Shown here in pieces: positions 55,768 to 64,000 of a stretch of 64,000 nt of DNA. Numbering within the stretch: position 1 is the stretch's first letter; each line of letters opens with the position of its first letter. A model generated the notes under the pieces. It was given only the letters and a program-made list of their open reading frames with translations. It had not been told where the DNA came from and did not search any database. The stretch is from a virus. Made by a program: the position numbers and the translations under genes. The DNA is taken from positions 32,001 through 96,000 of the IMG/VR virus record IMGVR_UViG_3300031576_000007. The stretch is one strand, 5' to 3'.

Positions 55768-58365
55768 TTAACCCTGTGCCTGTGGAATTGGGAATTCAAG
55801 AGCAATCTCAATGAATCTCAATGCCGTATTTGTCCGTACTTGGACTCTAAATTTCATTAATCCTTTTGCTAGAGCCTCAGCAGTTGTTTCAACCGCCACA
55901 ACTCTAAACTGGTCGATCTCTGGCAATCCAGCAGGGAATAAGTATGAATTATTCCTTAAAAAGGTTTTAATAGCTCCGTCCACAAGTAATTGTGTTGCGG
56001 GAGAAAAATTCTCCCATATGAAGCTCAGTAAGCCTCTTTCCAAAGATCCTTTAATGAATAGGTTCGATCTGATAACCTGAATTAACTGCTCCTCAGCTGT
56101 AAAGGCAGGAGAGGTACCACTGTCAGCAGTGTAAGCCCCAAAAATATATCTGCCTGATCCAGGAGATTCAGTAATTCTGTTAATCTTATTTAATCGAAGT
56201 GGACCACCATCTTCTTTTTCAGATATCTTAAGGTCCAACCCAACAGTGTCTGATAGCCCCGCAAACTGAATACCAGCTGGAGCATGACTTACACCACCAA
56301 TTGCTGTACTGGCATCAATCCTGGCCAGTACACCTGCTACGTGTCCTACTGGGTCAACTACCACTATAGAACTATCTGCTGGTCTTAAAACTTTTAGAAA
56401 ATTAAAATACCATGCAGCACGTTTGCTTGGGTTATTAACCACAATTTCTTTGTAGGTTATCGAGCTAGGAGCAACAATAGTTGCTGATCCTGAGCCGCTG
56501 ATAGAAGTTGATTCTACGGTTATTTTGTTATCTTCATCGTCAACATCTGTAATCAGATACTTAGAGCCGTTAAAGTCTAAAAGATCCCCAACCGCTACAG
56601 AAGATAAATTCGGGCTTCCCGAAAATAAAACTGTACTAGATGTAGAACCAGTCACAATAGTACTAATTGTAACATTAACTTTAACCCTGTCAACCACTGC
56701 ATTAGTGATGTTTCTAGGTATAGACAATAATGCAAAACAATCGTCCCTGTCTGTCTCGCAATAGTTAATCAGTGAATTCTGAATAACTCTTGACGTGATT
56801 TCTGGGATACAAATCAAATTTACATCATCAATTCTATCCAACGCATGGAGACCCTTACCGTTAGCCTGTGTACCAACAAAGTCTGAATCCTGAACAACTG
56901 CATCAGCAATAAAATAATCGTCCGCTAATCCTGTAGATGTAGCAGGAATATCAAGCTGGTCAGCTGGTTCTTTAAAGGTTGGTGTATTAACAATACCAGG
57001 ATTAAAGATCGTATCAACTAAGTTAATTCGAACTTGTCCATCTCTAATTGTAGAACCAACAGCCGTATTGACTATCTGATTCTTTGCAATTGTGATATTA
57101 TCCCCAGCATCATTTACTGCGTCAATTATGAAGTCATTGTTGCTTGCATCTCTCCATACATCTCCTGGATTTACGGTAGACAGATCTTCCGCACCACCGA
57201 ACTGAACTACTCCAGTTGAAGCGGTATAAGTCAACGTATTTACTGAGGTCCCAAAGTTTGCATTCAATGTTCCGCTAGCTATAACCAGCTGAGAGAGAAT
57301 TTCTTTCTCTAGACCATTAATGAGCATAAAGTGCTGGTTCAAACTACCTGTAGGGTAAGGCCCCACAGAAGTAGGAAGTATACCAAACCCTGCTCCAGAA
57401 CTTGTAAAAGGAACGCTGTTCTGCGGTGTAACTGAATTAACAGAACTTGCACTTCTCTTTGTATCCTGTATGATATTTACAATTCCTGCCTTAATACTCG
57501 CTACTCCTAGTGCAACTCCAGCTCTATCTACTTCAACTTTGTCATCATCAATTACAGATGTAATATAAAACACAAAAGACCCAGAATCAACAAGAATATC
57601 TCCTACTTTAGCCCCCATGTTTAGAAAGCCACCAGCAGAAGCTGTTACTTCTCTGTCAGAGCTAGCAGTTACAGTAACTGAGCCTTTAAGAGAACCTTCC
57701 TGAATTAAAGCCAGGGAATTGAATTCATCAACGTCAAAAAGTCGTAAAATCTTGCCAGCAGTAGAACCCACATTTAGGCCCCCAGCTGAGTAGATAGCGA
57801 ATCCTGCCAATGTATTCAACCCCGTAGGGATTGTAATCTGGTCTGTAGAATCATTTACCGCAGAAATCAGGAATAATCTTCCATTATCATCTTTAAAATA
57901 GTCTCCAGCCTTAACTTGTGATAAGTTAGGACTTCCAGAGAATGTTAGTATCCCAGTTAATGATGCATAAGTTGAAACTGAAAGAGACGAAACTATTAAG
58001 TTCTCGTCCTCAATTAATCCACCTGCACCAACCTCGGCTACTCCTCTTTCTACGACTTCTGAACCAGAAGCAGTAGGAGCAACATTTATGATAATGGCTT
58101 TATTTCCTGAGCCCGCATTAGCATAAAAACCCTGTAACGCAAAATAAGCTAATCCTAGCTCGTCCTCATCTCCGAATTGTTCCACAAAGGAATCAAGATT
58201 AAGAATTTCCACAGGAAAATCTGTAGGAGCCCCTGCTTTAGAACTGCGCAAAATAAACGATGTATTAGCAGTAGGAACTCCAGGAACAGGTATAAAACCC
58301 GTAGGCTGTGGGATAACTTCAATGCGCTCTGGGCCAATATTTGTATTTAGCAAATCAGCCGCCAT
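55768..58365 (-). CDS. Contractile tail sheath protein with inserted beta domains
   Basis: IPVPGVPT, FVEQFG, FYANAG, VNLICIP, AWYF, VGHVAGV.AR.D...GVSHAPAG, LRFIEI. Confidence 0.92.
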   Translation of the reverse strand: MAADLLNTNIGPERIEVIPQPTGFIPVPGVPTANTSFILRSSKAGAPTDFPVEILNLDSFVEQFGDEDELGLAYFALQGFYANAGSGNKAIIINVAPTASGSEVVERGVAEVGAGGLIEDENLIVSSLSVSTYASLTGILTFSGSPNLSQVKAGDYFKDDNGRLFLISAVNDSTDQITIPTGLNTLAGFAIYSAGGLNVGSTAGKILRLFDVDEFNSLALIQEGSLKGSVTVTASSDREVTASAGGFLNMGAKVGDILVDSGSFVFYITSVIDDDKVEVDRAGVALGVASIKAGIVNIIQDTKRSASSVNSVTPQNSVPFTSSGAGFGILPTSVGPYPTGSLNQHFMLINGLEKEILSQLVIASGTLNANFGTSVNTLTYTASTGVVQFGGAEDLSTVNPGDVWRDASNNDFIIDAVNDAGDNITIAKNQIVNTAVGSTIRDGQVRINLVDTIFNPGIVNTPTFKEPADQLDIPATSTGLADDYFIADAVVQDSDFVGTQANGKGLHALDRIDDVNLICIPEITSRVIQNSLINYCETDRDDCFALLSIPRNITNAVVDRVKVNVTISTIVTGSTSSTVLFSGSPNLSSVAVGDLLDFNGSKYLITDVDDEDNKITVESTSISGSGSATIVAPSSITYKEIVVNNPSKRAAWYFNFLKVLRPADSSIVVVDPVGHVAGVLARIDASTAIGGVSHAPAGIQFAGLSDTVGLDLKISEKEDGGPLRLNKINRITESPGSGRYIFGAYTADSGTSPAFTAEEQLIQVIRSNLFIKGSLERGLLSFIWENFSPATQLLVDGAIKTFLRNNSYLFPAGLPEIDQFRVVAVETTAEALAKGLMKFRVQVRTNTALRFIEIALEFPIPQAQG

Positions 58366-58661
58366 TAGTTTTTCTCCATTTCATTGTTATTATTATTATA
58401 AATTTCTTCAACCTTATTTTCTAGTTTCTTAGAAAACTTAGGTCTCTTTTTTGTTGCCTGTGGTTGTATAAACTTAGGCAACTGACGAAAATCATTTTCG
58501 CCTTTTGTCTCTTTCACTACTTTCAATTGTTTTAACCCAGAGTAATATCTAACGTCCCGTGTTGCGGGAAGAGTTGCTTTTTCTCCAGGACTTAAATGAA
58601 TAGTATGTGTCATGCAATCTAAATGTAATATGTTAGAAGAGACATTTTTATATTTTTGCAT
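58365..58661 (-). CDS. Hypothetical protein
   Basis: RBS AAGGAGG; upstream of sheath. Confidence 0.65.
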   Translation of the reverse strand: MQKYKNVSSNILHLDCMTHTIHLSPGEKATLPATRDVRYYSGLKQLKVVKETKGENDFRQLPKFIQPQATKKRPKFSKKLENKVEEIYNNNNNEMEKN

Positions 58662-58671
58662 GACTCCTCCT

Positions 58672-60117
58672 TTAAGGTACTAGTAAATTATCATCTAGTA
58701 CATTCCCCTCAAAATCTTCCAATGAAGCTCCGATAAAGTTGACATCTCCCTGATACTCAGAAACTTGCTCTGTAGTATAAGGAGGTATTCTTGAATCAAC
58801 CCATCCTTCAATTCTATATGTAAATCTGTGAATCCAAAACTGACTATCTTCTTTATCTTCTGTTACGTGATTTCTGAAGTCTCTTTCTAATATAGCTATA
58901 CAATGGTTACTTAGTAACCTTGCACAATTATCTGCTGTGTACATTTTAGAAATAGGACTTCTTAAGGTTATTGAATTACTCAGTTGATTCACACTATCAA
59001 CTACAGCATCCTCCCCCACATCTAAATTGTCAAACAATCTTATTCTATCATTTACGTAAAACTTAGATGCATCTTTTACATAAATAATCTTGTCACCCTC
59101 ACTAGAATCTTTCAACAATTCGGATTCAAATGAGTTATCCATTCTCACTACAACAAATAAACTACCCCTTGGCGGGTTGAATACTTGCATCATCCTATTA
59201 GCTACGGAGATATGATCATCACGTTCTCTTGATGATATCTTAATAAAATATAAGAATGTATAAGGTATTAACTGACTGCTAACCTCATACCTTGTACCTT
59301 TTCCTAAGATTGGTTGAGATGGATCTAATATTAAAAAACACTGTGCTTCCCCCGCATCGTCATTCTGTAAAACATCCCCTGATCTAACTATCTTTGCCCC
59401 TGTTCCATTTACAACAGCACTTCCTGGCGCTATGGCCAGGGTAGAGTTAAAAGCATTTACCGCAGTTATTACAAAAGAGTTTAGTGAGATGTCTACTAAT
59501 GAATCTCCTGACTTAACAGTCTGCAAATCAACAAAATCTCTAAAAGTTACAATTCCAGCATCTTTATTATAATCGAACTGAGGTAGACCAGTTATTAAAT
59601 CATTACTTAAAGTAATTGTATGAGGGCCATCTTCATTAAGAGCTATAGATGAGATGTGATATGTGCCTGTATTGGCACCTTCTAAGATTCTTACAAAATG
59701 CGAGGTAGTTACATCTAGAATCCGTCTATCAGTAAATTCTATTATGCTGCCCCCACCACCATTAGTAGTGACGGCCTCTCCAGCTAGGACTACTTTATAA
59801 GCCCCATGACCAGGCAATGCAGAAACAATCTCATTCCCATATGGCGGTAGTAATCTACCAGTTTCTAAATCCTCATAAAGTTTTAAAAGTCTTATAGAAA
59901 ATCTAGGACTTGTAGAAATAGTGGCATCAGCTGTATCATCATAAAATTTAGGTTCTATAGGTTTCTTTACAAGTTCTCCTGTAAAGGGGTCAAACATCTC
60001 TCTGAAAGCAATGTCTTGCGGAGTTCTATCTCTAGTTTCGAAGAAAATTATTCTACGAACCTCTCTGGCCAGTGCTTCCTCAATGTCATTTAATATTCTT
60101 GCGAATTTAGCAGCCAT
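58672..60117 (-). CDS. Putative tail terminator/completion protein with inserted domains
   Basis: Position; PRFSIRL...PYTFLYFIKI...FTYRIEGWV. Confidence 0.55.
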   Translation of the reverse strand: MAAKFARILNDIEEALAREVRRIIFFETRDRTPQDIAFREMFDPFTGELVKKPIEPKFYDDTADATISTSPRFSIRLLKLYEDLETGRLLPPYGNEIVSALPGHGAYKVVLAGEAVTTNGGGGSIIEFTDRRILDVTTSHFVRILEGANTGTYHISSIALNEDGPHTITLSNDLITGLPQFDYNKDAGIVTFRDFVDLQTVKSGDSLVDISLNSFVITAVNAFNSTLAIAPGSAVVNGTGAKIVRSGDVLQNDDAGEAQCFLILDPSQPILGKGTRYEVSSQLIPYTFLYFIKISSRERDDHISVANRMMQVFNPPRGSLFVVVRMDNSFESELLKDSSEGDKIIYVKDASKFYVNDRIRLFDNLDVGEDAVVDSVNQLSNSITLRSPISKMYTADNCARLLSNHCIAILERDFRNHVTEDKEDSQFWIHRFTYRIEGWVDSRIPPYTTEQVSEYQGDVNFIGASLEDFEGNVLDDNLLVP

Positions 60118-60743
60118 TATACTTTCTTAATATACTCAGACCACAATTCTTTTATGGTTATCTTTAAAATACTTAGAATTAGAGGTTCTATATTTCTCTT
60201 TACGTCCTCAAATTCAGTTGCCCAAAATGCATATTTGGAATCTTCTATCCATTCTGCAAGTTTAGTGTTTTCCACCATTTTTGATACGTCCGCTTGAAAA
60301 CTCCCAGCGGGTTTATTTGAATACGGAGTAGCTACAGGTCTTAAACCAGGCTTGTGCCCGACTTCTAAATCAAAGCCGTCTACTATTCTCTCCATTTTCA
60401 GTATATCTATAGATTCCGCCAGATAACCAGTAGCAACTAGTTCCCTGGAAGATAAAGCCCCTACAAGTGGGAGATTGGAACGACTAGACTTCCATTCTGC
60501 GTATCGGTCGGTGTTCTTGGGGACTCCATAACCGCCGCCTCCACTCGGCTTACCGCCAATTTCCATATTAGATACTTGATGAGGTTGTGAAGACCTCGAT
60601 AATCTAGATTTAATTCTGGGTAGTAGGTGACGTTTAACATAAACTCTAAAACCCCTGAATAAATTTTCTGCGAGCCTTGGCTCCAAATCTTTTAGAAACT
60701 TCTCTACTTCCTCTGCTCCTTCAACTTGTATAACCCAATCCAT
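60117..60743 (-). CDS. Putative neck/tail completion (virion morphogenesis) protein
   Basis: IQVEGAEE.EK.L, YAEWK, LVATGYLAESI. Confidence 0.55.
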   Translation of the reverse strand: MDWVIQVEGAEEVEKFLKDLEPRLAENLFRGFRVYVKRHLLPRIKSRLSRSSQPHQVSNMEIGGKPSGGGGYGVPKNTDRYAEWKSSRSNLPLVGALSSRELVATGYLAESIDILKMERIVDGFDLEVGHKPGLRPVATPYSNKPAGSFQADVSKMVENTKLAEWIEDSKYAFWATEFEDVKRNIEPLILSILKITIKELWSEYIKKV

Positions 60744-60788
60744 ATTATTTTATACCGTAAAGAATCTATAAGTAGTTGAAATCATTAA

Positions 60789-62078
60789 TTAACCTCGACC
60801 TAAAGGTATCCCTTGAGCTACTCCTTCTCGTTTCAGTTGAGCTAAGATAGCCTCAAATCTTTTTTCCCACTGTTCCAGAAATTTATCGGAAACAGCCGAG
60901 GAATTCTGACCACGAGCGGCCATTAAAATCGTATATATAGACCTAACTGACACATACTCTCTTCGATCTGTGGAACTTGACCTTAGTTGATGAATGTTGA
61001 GTTCTTCTCTAAGTTTATCAGAGGAGCGCTCTATATGGTACTGAAGGACTTTATTTCTTCCATTAAGATCTGTTTTAAGAATAGATTCGGGCAAGTATGC
61101 ATCAATCTCAAATAATGTTTGTCTCAAATCTTCCGCTGTTGCATAGGAAGGGAACCTACCAAATATTGGGCCATCAATATTTGTAAGTGTAAACATTTCA
61201 CTGGCGAACTCAATTAAGCTATTAGGTGCAGAACCTATCATCCCTAAAAAGTTACCTTTATATGAGACTACATAATCATCCCCAGGATGCACCTGGAAAG
61301 AACCAAAACCGTTATTTGTTGTCTGTGGTATAGACCACGTTCCTCTGTATCTAGCCGGCCCAACTCTAGCTAATGTTATTCTTTCTATAACTCGAAATTG
61401 TCCATCGGGGGCTAGATAAGAAGGTATAAATACGTCAGCTACAACAACATTGTCTTTTGGATCTTGTCTTCGCCCACCTACTATTACCTCTACTTCAAAA
61501 GTAATGCTCCCACCTATGAGTCCTGTAAGACTATCTTGGGGGTCTTTTCTTATTTCATCAATCGCTAAGTTTATTACCTGCCCTGGTCTAAAAGGTTTAG
61601 TTAATGGCTCTAAACTTATACTTCCACCAGAATCAATAGTTTTTATTTGATAAAAATCAAATATTGTTCCAGTAGAGTCTGTAAATTGATGCAATAGCGA
61701 AGCTGGAAAAGGTAGAATAGGAGATACAGTTCCAGCTAATTCAAAGGACGAAAATTCAGCTAAATCATTGATAATTATAAATGAGGCTGGAAAAGTCGTT
61801 ATAGTTGATAAATCTGTGTCTGCGGTAAAGGTAATGGTAGTTGCAGTGTTTGTTAATACTCTATAGAGAAGACCACTTATATGCATTTGGTCACCAACTA
61901 ACGCTCCATTAGCAGGAACTGGACCTGTAAAAGTCACAGTGACTACTTTAGTAACGTTATTAACGTCCCCAACGAGAGCAATAGAACCAGAAGCTGGTCT
62001 AACGCTTCGTTCAACTCGAAAGCTGACTATATTGTGGGGAGGATTCCCTGGTGACGAAAAGCTAATGGTTACAGCCAT
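60789..62078 (-). CDS. Putative head-tail adaptor with N-terminal beta domains
   Basis: C-terminal SYATAEDLR...IERSS helical domain resembles connector proteins; position. Confidence 0.5.
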   Translation of the reverse strand: MAVTISFSSPGNPPHNIVSFRVERSVRPASGSIALVGDVNNVTKVVTVTFTGPVPANGALVGDQMHISGLLYRVLTNTATTITFTADTDLSTITTFPASFIIINDLAEFSSFELAGTVSPILPFPASLLHQFTDSTGTIFDFYQIKTIDSGGSISLEPLTKPFRPGQVINLAIDEIRKDPQDSLTGLIGGSITFEVEVIVGGRRQDPKDNVVVADVFIPSYLAPDGQFRVIERITLARVGPARYRGTWSIPQTTNNGFGSFQVHPGDDYVVSYKGNFLGMIGSAPNSLIEFASEMFTLTNIDGPIFGRFPSYATAEDLRQTLFEIDAYLPESILKTDLNGRNKVLQYHIERSSDKLREELNIHQLRSSSTDRREYVSVRSIYTILMAARGQNSSAVSDKFLEQWEKRFEAILAQLKREGVAQGIPLGRG

Positions 62079-62437
62079 TTAAACAACCTCTTTGATTTAC
62101 TTTTTTCTTGTTGAACTAAGAACTGACGCAGTTTGATATTAGTCTCTAATAACAACTCTAGGTTGGTTTTTAAGATTTCTGACTGCTCAGTAAGTTCTTC
62201 AATTTTAATTTTCAGCTTATCAAATTTATCTTCTAAATATTTTCTATCAGGAAGATCTTCTAATTTTTCTATAGTTTCAATTTCTTCTTTTATTCTATCT
62301 TCAGCTGTTTGTGTTTCTTCTAATGTAATTGGAAGTACTTCCGACATTTCCTGATCTTTTTGTTGTGTATATTTTAATTGGTCTGGCTTTATGTCATTTG
62401 ATGACTTTATTTTCTTTATAAGATCTTTTGTAGCCAT
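62069..62437 (-). CDS. Coiled-coil hypothetical protein
   Basis: 122 aa ORF. Confidence 0.6.
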   Translation of the reverse strand: MATKDLIKKIKSSNDIKPDQLKYTQQKDQEMSEVLPITLEETQTAEDRIKEEIETIEKLEDLPDRKYLEDKFDKLKIKIEELTEQSEILKTNLELLLETNIKLRQFLVQQEKSKSKRLFKWL

Positions 62438-62625
62438 GATTGCAATACTCCTGTTACAAATAAAGATAAAACTATTAAGCCTATAAAGTTTGTGATTCCA
62501 ACAACTAGTGAGAGCTTGGTTAAAAAACCAATTTTACTCTTATTTTTCCTAATCTTTCCTTTAATATTCAAAGAACGCTGTAAATCTTCCTCATTTTTAG
62601 TATTCTTTGTATTTATAATCCTCAT
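62416..62625 (-). CDS. Small membrane protein
   Basis: C-terminal TM helix. Confidence 0.55.
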   Translation of the reverse strand: MRIINTKNTKNEEDLQRSLNIKGKIRKNKSKIGFLTKLSLVVGITNFIGLIVLSLFVTGVLQSWLQKIL

Positions 62626-62642
62626 ATAACTTCCTCTTGTTC

Positions 62643-62864
62643 TTATATTGACTCGTCTTTACCCTCATCTTTTTCTATAGATTTTTCAGTATGATTCCAT
62701 TCGAACAAGTCTAAGAAACCAGATAAAAATCTAGACAACTTACTTTTGTCTTTATTTTTACCAACTCTTGAACTAATAGTCTCATCTGGATCCCCACCAG
62801 TAAGTGCATTAAAACACTGGTCAATAGCGATTAGTAAATTCCAAAAATATCGTTTAACTCTCAT
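62643..62864 (-). CDS. Conserved phage hypothetical protein
   Basis: NLLIAIDQ..NALTGGDPDETISSR...H...SIE motif. Confidence 0.75.
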   Translation of the reverse strand: MRVKRYFWNLLIAIDQCFNALTGGDPDETISSRVGKNKDKSKLSRFLSGFLDLFEWNHTEKSIEKDEGKDESI

Positions 62865-62866
62865 TG

Positions 62867-63205
62867 TTAGACTCCATATGGTTTAGCCATGCCATTATTA
62901 AGCATCTCTTGATTGATATCTCTACCATCTAAATAAAGAATAGCCAAGTATCTCCCACCATACTTATCTACCTTAATTGACTTAATTGTAACCTCTTTAG
63001 CTGCTGCAACCTGTTCTTCTAACCATTTCTTGCAAGCCAGACCTGCTACTTTCTCAACTAAATCCAGTGTTCTAGTTTCTGGTGTGTCAATCCCATAAAG
63101 TCTAAGACTTTGCTTGATCCATACGCTAAAACCTAAATCTACAAAAGCATCTACGGTATCACCGTCTACTACTCTTTCTATTTTGGCCTTATAGATGTAA
63201 TCCAT
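62867..63205 (-). CDS. SNase/thermonuclease-like nuclease
   Basis: RVVDGDTVD...DLGF...RLYGIDTPE...DKYGGRYLA...G.AKPY. Confidence 0.9.
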   Translation of the reverse strand: MDYIYKAKIERVVDGDTVDAFVDLGFSVWIKQSLRLYGIDTPETRTLDLVEKVAGLACKKWLEEQVAAAKEVTIKSIKVDKYGGRYLAILYLDGRDINQEMLNNGMAKPYGV

Positions 63206-63858
63206 TATAGTGCTTCTCCAGGAAGTAAAATAGTTCTTGGTCTATATAATTCTACTTCTAGGCATCCATTTGAAGTCAAATCAGTATTTGGAGTGGTTAC
63301 TTCTATCCACAATTTATAACCAACCTGTTGGGTAGGTAATGACGATTCTGTAGCCCCTTCGGTATTTAATTCATCCCCCATTGGGGCATCGCCTTGCAAA
63401 TAGTGATTATTTACATAATGTGTGATTATCGTATCAGATGTAGCTTGGGTAAATTTATCTAAACTATTTGATATCCCCAACGCTGAAGCGGGTATTACCC
63501 CATTTGGATCTTTATAATATGCTCCTGCTTTACATATCACATAAAAATCTACATAACATCCCTTTGGCGCACTATGGAAATAAAGGGTTCCCTCTTTTAT
63601 ATAAATCTTCTCTGAAAAACCCACTTCTATTCTTTTTCTTTTATAGCCTATAGGAATAGCAGTAGAAATAGAATCAGTAACTAAGTCATCACTATTATTA
63701 AAATCCCAAGCAAATTGTTTTCCATCACCAATATTTGTTAAAGAGTCCCCTCTAGATGCAAAACTAGTAATATGGTCTTTCGGGCGACTATCGCTTCTAA
63801 TTATGGCACGACCATCAATTGATTTATCTTTTTTTGGTTCTCTAAATTTAATAGCCAT
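63205..63858 (-). CDS. Hypothetical (probably virion) protein
   Basis: 217 aa beta-rich ORF in late operon. Confidence 0.6.
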   Translation of the reverse strand: MAIKFREPKKDKSIDGRAIIRSDSRPKDHITSFASRGDSLTNIGDGKQFAWDFNNSDDLVTDSISTAIPIGYKRKRIEVGFSEKIYIKEGTLYFHSAPKGCYVDFYVICKAGAYYKDPNGVIPASALGISNSLDKFTQATSDTIITHYVNNHYLQGDAPMGDELNTEGATESSLPTQQVGYKLWIEVTTPNTDLTSNGCLEVELYRPRTILLPGEAL

Positions 63859-63860
63859 TG

Positions 63861-64000
63861 TTATACCTTATACTCATATCCTGCACCAAGTCTTTCAGTG
63901 CCAGCGGAATCATTAACTAAAACAATTGATAGTTGCTTTACGCCATCTCCAGTTAAAGTTCTTCCAAGATAGCGATATTCAGATGTATAAGTTAGAGCTA
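63861..64000 (-). CDS. Partial CDS (3' end), hypothetical
   Basis: Open frame ...RTLTGDGVKQLSIVLVNDSAGTERLGAGYEYKV* running off the window edge. Confidence 0.55.
   Translation of the reverse strand, partial: ALTYTSEYRYLGRTLTGDGVKQLSIVLVNDSAGTERLGAGYEYKV

Noticed and set aside
1114-63653. Numerous short antisense or alternate-frame ORFs in the ORF track (e.g. 1114-1434, 27371-27778, 44974-45333, 51601-51960)
   Set aside because: Fully nested opposite well-supported genes, with no RBS or motifs; shadow ORFs
1-64000. tRNA, rRNA, integrase or att sites
   Set aside because: No cloverleaf with a T-loop in an intergenic context, no rRNA-like tract and no recombinase of integrase type seen

Overview
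This 64 kb window is an internal segment of a large, AT-rich, contractile-tailed dsDNA bacteriophage (myovirus type), read in standard genetic code 11. It has two convergent arms that meet at about 32.15 kb. The + strand arm (1-32165) holds a Cys-rich sigma-like regulator and nucleotide-metabolism genes (class II RNR, dNMP kinase, GMP reductase-like, MazG, 5'-nucleotidase). It also holds replication and recombination genes (PD-(D/E)XK exonuclease, ERF, primase-helicase, PolA, exonuclease, RuvC, UvsY-like, RecA), two ClpP-like proteases and HNH endonucleases. Four inteins interrupt RNR, PolA, RecA and the GuaC-like gene. The - strand arm (32131-64000) holds neck, tail completion, sheath, three tube paralogs, tail chaperone with a -1 frameshift, tape measure, baseplate, fibres and lysis genes; capsid and terminase genes are not in the window. 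The most notable unexplained items are a ~300 nt multi-hairpin non-coding element followed by heptamer repeats (4851-5207), a promoter-driven membrane operon with a signal-peptide ClpP, atypical inteins, a beta-rich module repeated across many tail proteins, and an apparent swapped tail-tip C-terminus. No tRNA, rRNA, CRISPR array, integrase or reverse transcriptase was seen. All calls come from visual motif recognition; no database search was run.
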